DNA of 64,000 bases from Candidatus Muiribacterium halophilum (GTDB taxonomy: Bacteria > Muiribacteriota > Muiribacteriia > Muiribacteriales > Muiribacteriaceae). The stretch's first letter is position 1, and every line of letters begins with the position of its first letter. Positions 49,546-60,198 of the stretch are shown in pieces. The notes beneath the pieces were generated by a model that searched no databases, had not been told where the DNA came from, and saw only the letters and a list, made by a program, of their open reading frames with translations. A program made the position numbers and the translations under genes. The stretch is from assembly GCA_023228995.1 (NCBI GenBank), contig JALOAD010000002.1, forward strand, positions 86,245 to 150,244. Direction: 5' to 3'.

Positions 49546-52318
49546 AATTCCTACCTGCCTTTATGTAATAATTTTTTTCTGATTTGTTATTTATACTTAT
49601 ATTAAACTCAAATATAAAATTATTCCATGAATTTAAAATATAATTAATAAGTCCAGAAAACTCTCCTGAATTAATATTTTTATAAAATCCAACACTAACA
49701 ACTTCTTTGTAATTTAAATTATTTGAATAAAACTTAATACCTAAACCTAAAGAAGTTGATTTATCATTATAATAACTATCAATTACATTATTTAAAGGAA
49801 TTTTGTTTATAAATATATCAGAAAATTCACTATAATCAATGTTAGATTTAAATAATGATGAATTAAAAGAATAAAATAAAGATGATTTATTATTGATTTT
49901 ATTTTCATTATATAATGAAAATCCTGAGATTTGTCCTAAACTTTTTAAATTTTGAATATATAAAGTGAAATTCAAAAAAGATTTCTCGTAATTGAAATTT
50001 TTGGATATATTTATATAATCATAAGTTAAACTATTTATAAATTGTCTATCTTCTTTAGATAATAAATTTAGACCTAAATTAATATCTATATCTTTATATT
50101 TTTTTGAAAAAGAAATACCAGGATTTAACTTATTATCTTTATTGTTTTTTAACTCTAAAAACGAGTTTTTATTAATAATATAATTCAAAACAATCAAATC
50201 TCTTTGCATTTTTTGGTATTCAATTGAAGATTTTTGTTTTAAATTCCAAATATTTATGTCAAAACTCCCAATATTTTCTAAAAACAACATTGTTTTACTA
50301 ATATATTCGCTTTCTTTTGCATAACTCAAAGAATATTTTTTATTTTTAAGTTCTGAAAGCATATAATAATATGAATCTAAATACTGCGGATCTTTCTTTT
50401 TTATATATATATGTTTTAAAAACGAATGAGCTTTTTTAATATTTTTACCATTTATAAGCGTTGACATTATTTCATACCAATTATTATTTTCTTTTGATAA
50501 AATTCCATATTTATAAATATTTATCAAATCTTTTTTATAAAGATAATATAGATAATAATAATAATTTAAATCATCTTCTAAAATATTATCTTTATAAATA
50601 TCAACATGGTATTTTAGTTTTTCAATATCGCTCATATATATTGATTCAATAAAAAATAAGATATAATCTTTTTTATTTTCTGATTTTTCAAATAATATTA
50701 TTAAATCTTTATATTGTTTTTTATTATATAAAACATAAAATAAAGCTTGTTCTGAATTAAAATTTCTTTCAATATAATCAAGAGTTTTATTAAAATTAAT
50801 ATTATCATTATTGTTTTTATAAATATCTAAAGCAGATAAACTTAAATATAAAGATGGATTGTTTATGAGTTTATATTGTTTTAAAAAACTAATGTTTTCT
50901 TTTAGCTCAATATATATATTTGCTTTTTGAATTGCTATATCCTCATTTATTGGATTTTCTTCTTTATCGAGTAAATACAAAGCTTTGTCAAAATTCTTAA
51001 GATCTATATTTATTAAAGCAGCATTGTAGAATTTTTTAGCTTTTTCAAGATAAAAAGCAGTTTTTTCCATATTTTCCATTTCAGCATAAAAAGAAGCGAT
51101 AATTTCATTATCTGTAAATATTTCTTCAGGAAGATAATTTTTTCTAATTTCAGGAATTGTGTAAAATATAGCGATTTTTTGTTCTGTATTTAATTTTAAA
51201 AACAAAGAATTAAATTTATCCTCAGATATATTTTTATTTGACAATACAAGAAAATTATAAATATGAGATTTATCTTCATGTTCTTTTATATAAATTTCCA
51301 GATAATGTAATGCTTTAGCAAAATTGCCCAGTTTTATATTATTAAAATAAATAGCATAAAGAAAATCTCCTCTTTTTTCTGGAAACATATCAAATAATAT
51401 TTCAAGCAATTGAATATAAGTTTTTTTATTTATAAAGTTAGAAATAGAAAGACATTTTGAAAGAACTTCCCAATTTTTAAGTATAATAGGTTTTTTAACT
51501 GCAAAATTAAGAGCATCATCAAATTTCCTAGTATAATAAAAAGAAAAAAATACTTTTTCATAATATTGTGGATATTTTGAAATATTCTTAATACTTAATA
51601 TATTATTAATATTGTTAATTACAAATGAAAAATTTTTAATTGTAAAATTATAATCAATTAATAACATGTTTTTATTATCAATATCTTTAATTTTATATAT
51701 GTTTTTTTCAAAAAAATCATAATCAGCATAGTAAATATTTTGTTTTAAGTATTGCAATAACTCATTATCTGTTAAATTATCATAATTAGATATTTTTTTT
51801 AAAGCATTATAATTAATCGTTTCATTATAAACAGAAACATTGTAAATATCTTTTAAAAGGTTTAAATCATCAGTTTTTTCTATTATTTCAAGAATAGTAT
51901 TTGTTTCATTAGTATATGTTTCACCCCATAGTATAGATAAATAAAGAGGTTTTGCATAAACACCACTATATTTTAATAGTTTTTTATAGATTTTTTTTGC
52001 ATTATTAAATTCTCTTTTATAAATAAAATATTCAGCACATAAAGAATTTAACTCAATATTATCAGGATTTTTATATAATGCTTTTTTTAAATATAAATAG
52101 GAAGTATTATAATAAACTGGATTTTGTGTGGAAAAATACAAATTTTTATAGTTTTCAGCAAGTTTTGTATAAAAAACAGGATAAGTAAAAGCTAATTCTT
52201 CCATAACCTCAATATCTTTATATGTTTTATCATTAGATATGACAGAAGGAATAAAGCTGTGAACTGCCAGTAAAACAATTAAAAAACTAAACCAAACTAC
52301 AATATTAGAATATTTCAT
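49538..52318 (-). CDS. pelB: PelB-like TPR scaffold with C-terminal beta-barrel-like domain
   Basis: Signal/TM segment, then ~700 aa of degenerate TPR-like repeats (Y/L/K-rich helical hairpins), then a ~200-aa alternating beta-strand C-terminus ending 'KAGRNFE'. Position is syntenic after pelA. Confidence 0.55.
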   Translation of the reverse strand: MKYSNIVVWFSFLIVLLAVHSFIPSVISNDKTYKDIEVMEELAFTYPVFYTKLAENYKNLYFSTQNPVYYNTSYLYLKKALYKNPDNIELNSLCAEYFIYKREFNNAKKIYKKLLKYSGVYAKPLYLSILWGETYTNETNTILEIIEKTDDLNLLKDIYNVSVYNETINYNALKKISNYDNLTDNELLQYLKQNIYYADYDFFEKNIYKIKDIDNKNMLLIDYNFTIKNFSFVINNINNILSIKNISKYPQYYEKVFFSFYYTRKFDDALNFAVKKPIILKNWEVLSKCLSISNFINKKTYIQLLEILFDMFPEKRGDFLYAIYFNNIKLGNFAKALHYLEIYIKEHEDKSHIYNFLVLSNKNISEDKFNSLFLKLNTEQKIAIFYTIPEIRKNYLPEEIFTDNEIIASFYAEMENMEKTAFYLEKAKKFYNAALINIDLKNFDKALYLLDKEENPINEDIAIQKANIYIELKENISFLKQYKLINNPSLYLSLSALDIYKNNNDNINFNKTLDYIERNFNSEQALFYVLYNKKQYKDLIILFEKSENKKDYILFFIESIYMSDIEKLKYHVDIYKDNILEDDLNYYYYLYYLYKKDLINIYKYGILSKENNNWYEIMSTLINGKNIKKAHSFLKHIYIKKKDPQYLDSYYYMLSELKNKKYSLSYAKESEYISKTMLFLENIGSFDINIWNLKQKSSIEYQKMQRDLIVLNYIINKNSFLELKNNKDNKLNPGISFSKKYKDIDINLGLNLLSKEDRQFINSLTYDYINISKNFNYEKSFLNFTLYIQNLKSLGQISGFSLYNENKINNKSSLFYSFNSSLFKSNIDYSEFSDIFINKIPLNNVIDSYYNDKSTSLGLGIKFYSNNLNYKEVVSVGFYKNINSGEFSGLINYILNSWNNFIFEFNISINNKSEKNYYIKAGRNFE

Positions 52319-54980
52319 ATTCTCCAGATTTTATTTTTTTAAGATTTCCAATCAAAATGTTATTTTCATAAACTTTATATTTTTCAACTAGATGATTTTC
52401 AACTATGCCTAAATCAATGTTAAAAATAGCTTTTATAGGTATATGCGAATATTTTTTAGGAGTTTTTAAAAAAATTGTTTTTTCATTTTCATTTATATTG
52501 ATATTATCAATAATTTTGTTACATTCTTTAAGTATTACATTATAAATATGTTTTTTTTCATTAAAAACCAATACAGTTTTTTCAGAATTTCCAGTAAAAA
52601 TATACTCAGTATTATTAATAATATTTTTACCAATTATATTTTGTGATTTTATAAAATCTATTTTTTTATCAGTAAAATTTTTAAATGATCGTACTTTTGA
52701 ATTTGTAATAATAAATGTATTTTTATCTTTTTTTTCAATTTCAGTATTAAAATATGAATTTATTATATCAAGATAATCAGAAGTAAAAATAAAACATAAA
52801 TTCATTTTATTAAGTTCTTCAATTATAGTTTGCAGAGCTTTAAGACCTGGTATTTTTTCAACAACATAAAAATGAAAATAAAGATCAACTGGTTTTAATA
52901 AAAAAGGACTTCCTGTGTTTTTATAAGTTTCAATAACATTTTTGAAATTATAAAAATTTTCTTCCCAACCATTTGTAAAAATAAATTCATTTTGAGATTG
53001 AGCATAAATTTGTTTATATTTTCCGACTTGAGAATATGATGGTTTTAAATATGAATAAGAATTATGTTCAGTATCAAATATAGGATCTCCTCCATTAATA
53101 GTATAAATATTATTTTTATAAGCTATATCCAAAAAATATTCAGTAGGAAGACAATCACCAGTCAAAAAATAATTATATACAGTTTTATCAGAAATTTGTT
53201 TAAGAGTATTAATAGAACCTAATATTTCTTTTTCAAAATCAATTTTATCATAACCTTCTATATCAATATTATGTCCATGTTCTTTATTTGACCTTCCTTC
53301 AAGCATAAAAAACGGATGTGAATACGAATGAGATGCAATTTCAATATTAGAGTCTGAAAGATTTTTAATATAATCTATAAAAAATTCTGCTTTTTTTTCA
53401 GTCTTTTTTTCAAGAAAACCAGTAATTATTGAATAAGAAAAATTAATCAAAGGATTTTTTAAAGTGATTTCTTCATGCATTATCTCAAGACATGATTTTT
53501 GCGGATAAATAAGACAATCTGAATTAAAACCATCAGCGTCTAAATGAGAAAATCCAATTCTTTTTCCGCTAATTGAAGAAATATCAAGAGCAGGAAAATC
53601 AGGTTTTAGAAAATCTTCAAACAAAAGAAATGGATTAATATTCCATAAAAAATCATCTTCTCCAATTTGAGTAATCGGTTCAAAAAGCATAATTAATCTA
53701 TCTTCTGACATATATCCCAAACTCCCTTCACTAGTAGATACAATATCTTTATAAGGATGTTCTTTTATAGCTCCAGAAACAAAATAATTATCATTTGAAA
53801 ACTCAAAACCTATATATTCAGATTTTTTAGTTATATTTAATTCTTTATCAATTAAAAAATTATGATATTTAATATTTTTAAGAATATTCTCATCTAAAAT
53901 ATTTTCATTTAAATCGCCAATATAAATAATTTTTTTATTATTAAATCTTTTCAAAATATTGTAAACAAATTTGCTATTATAAATTTCATCGCCTTTATTC
54001 CATATAATTAAACCACTATATTTTGTTATATCATCAGGTAATGTATTATCGTTTACATTTAAATAATCTAAAACATAACCAAAATACTCAAAATATATTT
54101 GTAAATATTTGTTAACATCATTAAACCAAGCGTTTTTTTGATTATTAAGAACAAGAAATCTATTTTTAATTTTATTATTTAATATCCATGTATGTTCAAG
54201 AGATATATCTGAAAAATAAGGTTTAATATCTAAAAAACTGTATTTTGTATAATCAATATCAATAGGATTTTTTAAAGTTTTAGTTTCAAAATATTCAATC
54301 AAAAAAATATTAATTAAAGAGTGATTTTTTTTAATATTATTAATAATATTGAGAGTTTGTTTTTCTTCTGGGTTTTTAATTATTTTTTTATTTTTAAAAT
54401 CATATAGATTATAAAGATTTTCAATTAATATACCATTTATATAAGGAGCAAAATTATCAATACCTTCAAATCCTCTATTAATAATTATTAGTTTTTTTGG
54501 AAATTCTTTTTTTATTTTTTCTAATACTATTTTAATATTATCAATAGAACGAGTAAATGGATGTTTTTCAAAAAAGTAATATGAATCAATATTATCAAGA
54601 AAAATACCATCAGAATTTTCAAGTTTTTCTTTAATATTTTTTATATGATATTCAATAAGTTTTTCTTTAGAATTATCAATTACAAAACTATTCCATGATT
54701 CATTTATAACTTTTTCAGTTATTCCATGAATTTCATTAATGCTTTCACCGATTGAATAATAGCTTAACCATTTTTTATTTCGATTTTTTGGAATTAGATT
54801 TTCTTCTGTAATTATAATATCAAAAAAATCCTCATCTGATAAAGATACAGATGAGTAATTAACTAAAAATTTTTTTACATCCTCAGCTTGTATATGAATA
54901 TTTATTATATATACTAAAAATGCTAAAAAGAATAGTTTCTTCATATTATCAAGATAATATATTTTTTGTAAAAATGTCAA
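52305..54980 (-). CDS. pelA: PelA-like bifunctional enzyme (GH114 glycoside hydrolase + CE4 polysaccharide deacetylase)
   Basis: GH114 pattern '...WLSYYSIGE...DGIFLDNIDSYYF'. The CE4 deacetylase motifs are 'RIGFSHLDADGFNS' and 'IASHSYSHPF'. Signal peptide begins at the internal Met (MKKLFFLAFLV), so the likely start is ~54944. Confidence 0.7.
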   Translation of the reverse strand: MTFLQKIYYLDNMKKLFFLAFLVYIINIHIQAEDVKKFLVNYSSVSLSDEDFFDIIITEENLIPKNRNKKWLSYYSIGESINEIHGITEKVINESWNSFVIDNSKEKLIEYHIKNIKEKLENSDGIFLDNIDSYYFFEKHPFTRSIDNIKIVLEKIKKEFPKKLIIINRGFEGIDNFAPYINGILIENLYNLYDFKNKKIIKNPEEKQTLNIINNIKKNHSLINIFLIEYFETKTLKNPIDIDYTKYSFLDIKPYFSDISLEHTWILNNKIKNRFLVLNNQKNAWFNDVNKYLQIYFEYFGYVLDYLNVNDNTLPDDITKYSGLIIWNKGDEIYNSKFVYNILKRFNNKKIIYIGDLNENILDENILKNIKYHNFLIDKELNITKKSEYIGFEFSNDNYFVSGAIKEHPYKDIVSTSEGSLGYMSEDRLIMLFEPITQIGEDDFLWNINPFLLFEDFLKPDFPALDISSISGKRIGFSHLDADGFNSDCLIYPQKSCLEIMHEEITLKNPLINFSYSIITGFLEKKTEKKAEFFIDYIKNLSDSNIEIASHSYSHPFFMLEGRSNKEHGHNIDIEGYDKIDFEKEILGSINTLKQISDKTVYNYFLTGDCLPTEYFLDIAYKNNIYTINGGDPIFDTEHNSYSYLKPSYSQVGKYKQIYAQSQNEFIFTNGWEENFYNFKNVIETYKNTGSPFLLKPVDLYFHFYVVEKIPGLKALQTIIEELNKMNLCFIFTSDYLDIINSYFNTEIEKKDKNTFIITNSKVRSFKNFTDKKIDFIKSQNIIGKNIINNTEYIFTGNSEKTVLVFNEKKHIYNVILKECNKIIDNININENEKTIFLKTPKKYSHIPIKAIFNIDLGIVENHLVEKYKVYENNILIGNLKKIKSGEYEIF

Positions 54981-54984
54981 TAAA

Positions 54985-56889
54985 TTATTTTAACAGATTT
55001 TTTATAGAATCTCTTATTACAATTAGCTCAGGAAGATATTGTGATTTAAAGAATTCTTTTGTATCATAAGTATAAAAATCGATTTTATTCTGAATTATTT
55101 TGATGCTTTTCTTTAATATTTCTTTGTTTTCATCATTTAAATTGTTTTTGAAAAACTCAACACCTTTTTCAAGCAAAAAATTATAAGGTCTAAGATCAGA
55201 TATATTTTCTTCATGAGTTAAATTACTAGTATGAAATTGTTTTTTTGTACTGTTAGTCATTTTTATATCGTCTTTTATTTCTGTAATTATTCTATAACAA
55301 TAATATCTTTGGCTTATATTTGATGAAAACATATTTTCTAAAGCCATTTCAACACTTTTTTCAGGAAAAGCTGAAATTAAAACATCTAATGTATTATTAG
55401 ATATTTCAGAATAAAAATTAAAAACATAAATTGATTTAATATTAAAAATATTCTGAGTTCTTAAATTTTCCCAATCATTATTTGAAGAAAGTTTTTTAAA
55501 AAAATTAATTGTTTCTTGCATATCATTAGCATTTGAAGGAGTAAAATATAATAAATTTTTAAAATGATAAAGCACTATTAATTTGTTTGACATTCCATGA
55601 TTTCTAAGTTTAATAAACTGTTTTTTTCTTAATTCATTATCATTTGAAAAATCAAATTCAGTTATTCTATTCAGAGTTTTATCCTCTTTTTTTTGAATAT
55701 TACTTATAGTTTCAATTTTGTCCGAATAATCAGTGTGTTTTTCTGGAATTTTATTTTCGTCTATTTTAATATTTTCTTTTATTTTTTTAAATTCAAATCC
55801 ATTCACAGTTTTAAGTAATGTTATTATATCATCATCATTTGGATAATTCTGATAAAGAATATTTGATAATCTTTCGATTTCATCTTTATTATTGATTTTC
55901 ATATTCATTTTAAGAAGTTCTTTATTTAGAGTTTTTTTGTAATTTCTACCGGCAAACCAAGCATAATCATTTTCTGCTTGAGAAATCAAATCTTCTGCTC
56001 TTTTATATTCTCTTGTATTTATTAGAATATTGAATTTCTTTTCAAAAAAAGCTCTATTAGCTTCTATTGTATATTTACTATAAGGATATTCAAAATTTAT
56101 CTTTTTAACAAGAATAGAAGCATTTTCTATATTATTTTTACTCAAATTTATATTAATATTTTTTAGAATTCTAAAATCAGTTTCTCTATTGAAATATAAA
56201 TAGCCTGAAATAACAATTCCTAAAAAGACTAATAAAATAAAAATCTGATAAAAGTTTCTTGAAAAAAAATTTGGTTGTTTATAATTGTTATTAACAGGTT
56301 TTAATGCTGGTTTCTTTTTAAGATATCCTTCATAATCAATCTTTACAGAGTTTATAAGATTAATAAAATCGATTTTGTCATAATTAAGATTATATCTATA
56401 TAATCTAATTTCTTCTTCAATACCTTTAAGTTCTTTTTTACCAAGATCTTCAAAAGAAAATCCATTTGAATTGCCAAGATCAGCATGAACAGTTTCAGAT
56501 AAATAAACAGAATCTTCTTCAGATATTGATTCGATTCTTGAAGCTATATTTACAGTTGTACCAAAAACATCATTTTTTCTAAATTCAACCGGACCAGTAT
56601 TTAAACCAATTCTAATATTAAATTTTTCTTTTTCTAAAGCATGAACATTATGTTTTTTTACTCCGTCTTGCATGAATATCCCGCATAAAAGAGCATTATA
56701 AGAAGATCTAAAAGTAACAAGAAGTGAATCTCCTATAGTTTTAATAATCCTACCATTAAAATGATGTACTATAGGAATTAGTAATTCTTCATGATTTTTC
56801 AAAAATACATTTAATTCAGTTCTTGTCATATTAGAGGATTTTGCAGTAAAATCCTTTATATCAGTAAACATTACCGTATATTTATTCAT
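54985..56889 (-). CDS. Class III adenylate/guanylate cyclase domain membrane protein with ~400-aa C-terminal extracytoplasmic region
   Basis: N-terminal cyclase motifs 'VMFTDIKDFT', 'KTIGDSLLV', 'GLNTGPV' and 'GTTVNIASRIES'. A single TM segment (FYQIFILLVFLGIVISGYLYF) sits at ~aa 210. The long C-terminal region has no recognisable motifs. Confidence 0.8.
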   Translation of the reverse strand: MNKYTVMFTDIKDFTAKSSNMTRTELNVFLKNHEELLIPIVHHFNGRIIKTIGDSLLVTFRSSYNALLCGIFMQDGVKKHNVHALEKEKFNIRIGLNTGPVEFRKNDVFGTTVNIASRIESISEEDSVYLSETVHADLGNSNGFSFEDLGKKELKGIEEEIRLYRYNLNYDKIDFINLINSVKIDYEGYLKKKPALKPVNNNYKQPNFFSRNFYQIFILLVFLGIVISGYLYFNRETDFRILKNININLSKNNIENASILVKKINFEYPYSKYTIEANRAFFEKKFNILINTREYKRAEDLISQAENDYAWFAGRNYKKTLNKELLKMNMKINNKDEIERLSNILYQNYPNDDDIITLLKTVNGFEFKKIKENIKIDENKIPEKHTDYSDKIETISNIQKKEDKTLNRITEFDFSNDNELRKKQFIKLRNHGMSNKLIVLYHFKNLLYFTPSNANDMQETINFFKKLSSNNDWENLRTQNIFNIKSIYVFNFYSEISNNTLDVLISAFPEKSVEMALENMFSSNISQRYYCYRIITEIKDDIKMTNSTKKQFHTSNLTHEENISDLRPYNFLLEKGVEFFKNNLNDENKEILKKSIKIIQNKIDFYTYDTKEFFKSQYLPELIVIRDSIKNLLK

Positions 56890-56994
56890 TAAATAACCAT
56901 TCGTTTTTCTTTTACTATATCACTTTTATAAAAAAAATTCCAGAAAAAATAATATTGATTAATTTTAATTAACTTTTTATGGTTTTTATATAGT

Positions 56995-57372
56995 TTATCT
57001 GTTTTCACGAAGAGTGTTGTATATTTTTTCGCTTTGATTAAAATCATACATTTTAATATGTTCATCAATGTGTATAAGAGTAAAAATTGTTTTTAATTCA
57101 TTAGAAACATTTAGAAAAATAAATTCTTTTTTTAATCTTTTAATTTCTTTAAAAACAGCAATATAAGCACCTATCATGTTTGAGTTAACATATTCTGTGT
57201 AAATAAAATCAAGTCCTATTGTTTTATAAGAAATATAGTCATCAGGAAGTGATTTTCTAATATTCCATAGATAATCATCAATTGAATTATCTTCAGTATG
57301 TTCAAGTGTTAATATTAGAGTATCATTATAAATTTTAAATTTGTGTTTTTCAGCTTCCATAAAACCCCGCAA
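56995..57372 (-). CDS. STAS-domain protein (anti-sigma-factor-antagonist-like)
   Basis: STAS/SpoIIAA-like pattern 'LDFIYTEYVNSNMIGAYIAVFKEIKRLKKEFIFLNVSNELKTIF'. No phosphorylatable Ser context confirmed. Confidence 0.5.
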   Translation of the reverse strand: MRGFMEAEKHKFKIYNDTLILTLEHTEDNSIDDYLWNIRKSLPDDYISYKTIGLDFIYTEYVNSNMIGAYIAVFKEIKRLKKEFIFLNVSNELKTIFTLIHIDEHIKMYDFNQSEKIYNTLRENR

Positions 57373-57385
57373 TTTATATATATTA

Positions 57386-60160
57386 TTATTTTCGGAAATT
57401 TTTGTTGAAAACTGAATAAATAGTATTTAAAAGTTTCGAAGAAGAAAAAGGTTTTGCAATGTATTCATCAAATCCTTTATTTAAAAAATAATTTCTATCA
57501 TGAGCCATAGCATGAGCAGTCAAAGCAATTATTTTTATATTATTGAATTTTTCATTGCTTTTTATAAATTTCATTAACTCTATTCCATCCATATCTGGCA
57601 TTTGAATATCAGATAAAATAACATCAATAGAATTTTCTTTTAAAATTTTTATAGCTTCAATTCCATTATAAGAATTAAATATTGTAATGTTTTTATCATA
57701 ACAAAGAAATTCTCTTATAAGTTCATTGTTTTGCCTATTATCTTCTACAACAAGAATATTTATTTTTTCATTTAAAATAATATTATTATTATCAATATTA
57801 GGAATATTTATTGTAAACTCAGTTCCAATACCTTTAAATGATTCAAATTCAATATATCCTCTAAGTAAATCTACTATATTATTTACAATTGAAAGACCAA
57901 GACCAAGACCGCTGAATTTTCTCGTTATAGAAGAATCAACTTGTCTAAATTTTTCAAAAATAAATACTTTTTCCTCATCAGAAATTCCAATTCCGCTATC
58001 TTTAATTCTGATTTTTAATATATTATTCGAATAAATTGCATTAAATTCAACAAAACCGTTTTCTGTAAATTTAAACGCATTATCAAGGAGATTTATTATT
58101 ATCTGTTTTATTCTAGAAGAATCAGAGTTAATTATTATTTCTTTATCAATATTATTTGTAAACAAAAACTCTATATTAGGACGATTAATAACATAATTAT
58201 TATAATAATCTTTTATATTTTCAATAAAATCATAAAGTTTAAATTTTTCATTATTAATATGAAAATCACCAGATTCAATTTTGGAAATATCAAGAATATT
58301 GTCCATTATGTTTTTCAAATAATTAGCAGCTCTTTTTATGTTTGACAAAAATCTATTGTTTTCATTAGATGAATTTTTAATAAGCACATCTGAAAAGCCA
58401 ATTATTGTTGTAAGAGGTGTTTTTACTTCATGAGACATGTTTGCAAGAAAATCGCTTTTAAGTCTATCAGACCTTTCTGCTTTTTCTTTTGCTTCAATTA
58501 AAGAAAGATTAGCTGTTTTTTCTTTAGTAATATCTCTTACTACACCAATTATTCGTGTTTTTGATTTTTTCTTAGACTGAGGTTCAAAATAAAACTCTGC
58601 AATTTCTTCAATCCAGGTTATTTTATTGTTAACAATTATTCTATAATGAATTTTCCAGTCTTTTTTGGTTTTTTTGCTATGATTAATAATAAAATCAACT
58701 TTTTCACGATCATCTATATGAATTTTATTAAGAAATTCATGAAATATATTTTGATTGATATTTTTTTCTAAGCCAAAAATATTGTAATATTCTGGAGAAA
58801 AAACATATTCATCAGTTTCAGTATTATATTCCCAATGTGAAACATTCATTATTTTTTGAGCGATTTTATATCGTTTTTCGCTTTTTATTAAATCAGAGTG
58901 AGATTTTCTCATTTCCTCAAGAACATTATTTGTTGACAAAAATATATCAACAAATTCGGAATATTCAACAGAATCAGTATTTACAGGAGTTGATTCAATT
59001 ATAGAATTTCTAATAATAGATAAAAAATTATTAAAATTATATTTCAATTTTTTAAAAAATATATAAATAAATAAATTTCCAACAATAACAAAAGTAATTA
59101 TTATAAAGAATATTTTTAATATAAAATATTTGAATTTTAATTTTAATGAATTAGTCTTTTCAATAATTGAAAGATTAAGTTTATCATAAAAAATACCTGT
59201 TGAAATATACCAATCCCAATCAGGAATTTTTTTAATATATATCATTCTAGGTGTGATTTTATTTGTTAAAAGATTTAATGAAAAATTTTCTTCTGTAAAT
59301 ATACCATTTTGAATATTTTTGGAGTTTTTTAAACTTTCAAAAAAAGCATTACCATTAATCCCATATATATTTAACAATGAAAATCCTTCTATATGAGATT
59401 TTTTATGAAGTATAATTTTATTATTCTCATCAAAAATCATAAAATCTTCATCTTCAAGAAGTCTGGTATTTTTGATTCTTGTAATAGTTTCTTCTTTTAA
59501 TTCTTTAACAATATCTTCATAATAATCTCCACAACATAATATTAAATCTAATTCTTCAATATATTTTGAATAAGTAAATTTTTTACTGTTTTTATTTTGA
59601 TTAGAGGGATTTTCCCAAATATAAGAAACAATACTTTCATTAGTATTTTCAAGACTATCTAAAATACTTTTAAATACTTTCTTTACATTTATATCTGAAA
59701 TATTATTGATATTTTTGCCTTCAAACTCAGTATTATTTCTGTTAAATATTATATTACCATTAGTTTCAATACCAAAAACATATCCTTTATTGTCATTAAA
59801 GGAATATGATCTTAAAAAAGGTATTATAAAATCCCTTTTTTCATCTAAAGATTTATTTTGAAATTTTTCATCAAGAGTTTTTATAATTGAATTCAAATTA
59901 TAAATATGACCACGAACTTTTTTTCTTGAAATCTCTTCTTTTTGATTTTTTTTGTAATAAATATAATCAATAATATTTTCAACATTGTTTTTTATATAAA
60001 CTTTATTATCTGAAATAAAATTTTCTTTTGTTTGATTAATCTCTTTATCAAATCCAATATATTGATTATATGTAAGAAAATACGATAATACAGCAGTTCC
60101 AACAATGAATAAAAGAATATTGTATATAAAAAATTTATTTATAAAGCTTTTTTTCTTCAT
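57386..60160 (-). CDS. Hybrid sensor histidine kinase / response regulator with extracellular Cache-like domain and PAS
   Basis: TM segment, a ~300-aa periplasmic Cache-like region, a second TM, then a PAS-like segment. The H-box is 'NMSHEVKTPLTTIIGF', the ATPase motifs are 'DSGIGIS' and 'GLGLGLSIV', and the C-terminal receiver domain is 'ILVVEDN...DVILSDIQMPDMDG...LTAHA'. Confidence 0.85.
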   Translation of the reverse strand: MKKKSFINKFFIYNILLFIVGTAVLSYFLTYNQYIGFDKEINQTKENFISDNKVYIKNNVENIIDYIYYKKNQKEEISRKKVRGHIYNLNSIIKTLDEKFQNKSLDEKRDFIIPFLRSYSFNDNKGYVFGIETNGNIIFNRNNTEFEGKNINNISDINVKKVFKSILDSLENTNESIVSYIWENPSNQNKNSKKFTYSKYIEELDLILCCGDYYEDIVKELKEETITRIKNTRLLEDEDFMIFDENNKIILHKKSHIEGFSLLNIYGINGNAFFESLKNSKNIQNGIFTEENFSLNLLTNKITPRMIYIKKIPDWDWYISTGIFYDKLNLSIIEKTNSLKLKFKYFILKIFFIIITFVIVGNLFIYIFFKKLKYNFNNFLSIIRNSIIESTPVNTDSVEYSEFVDIFLSTNNVLEEMRKSHSDLIKSEKRYKIAQKIMNVSHWEYNTETDEYVFSPEYYNIFGLEKNINQNIFHEFLNKIHIDDREKVDFIINHSKKTKKDWKIHYRIIVNNKITWIEEIAEFYFEPQSKKKSKTRIIGVVRDITKEKTANLSLIEAKEKAERSDRLKSDFLANMSHEVKTPLTTIIGFSDVLIKNSSNENNRFLSNIKRAANYLKNIMDNILDISKIESGDFHINNEKFKLYDFIENIKDYYNNYVINRPNIEFLFTNNIDKEIIINSDSSRIKQIIINLLDNAFKFTENGFVEFNAIYSNNILKIRIKDSGIGISDEEKVFIFEKFRQVDSSITRKFSGLGLGLSIVNNIVDLLRGYIEFESFKGIGTEFTINIPNIDNNNIILNEKINILVVEDNRQNNELIREFLCYDKNITIFNSYNGIEAIKILKENSIDVILSDIQMPDMDGIELMKFIKSNEKFNNIKIIALTAHAMAHDRNYFLNKGFDEYIAKPFSSSKLLNTIYSVFNKNFRK

Positions 60161-60198
60161 ATTTAGAATATAACAGAACTTAGATTATATTAAAAGAG

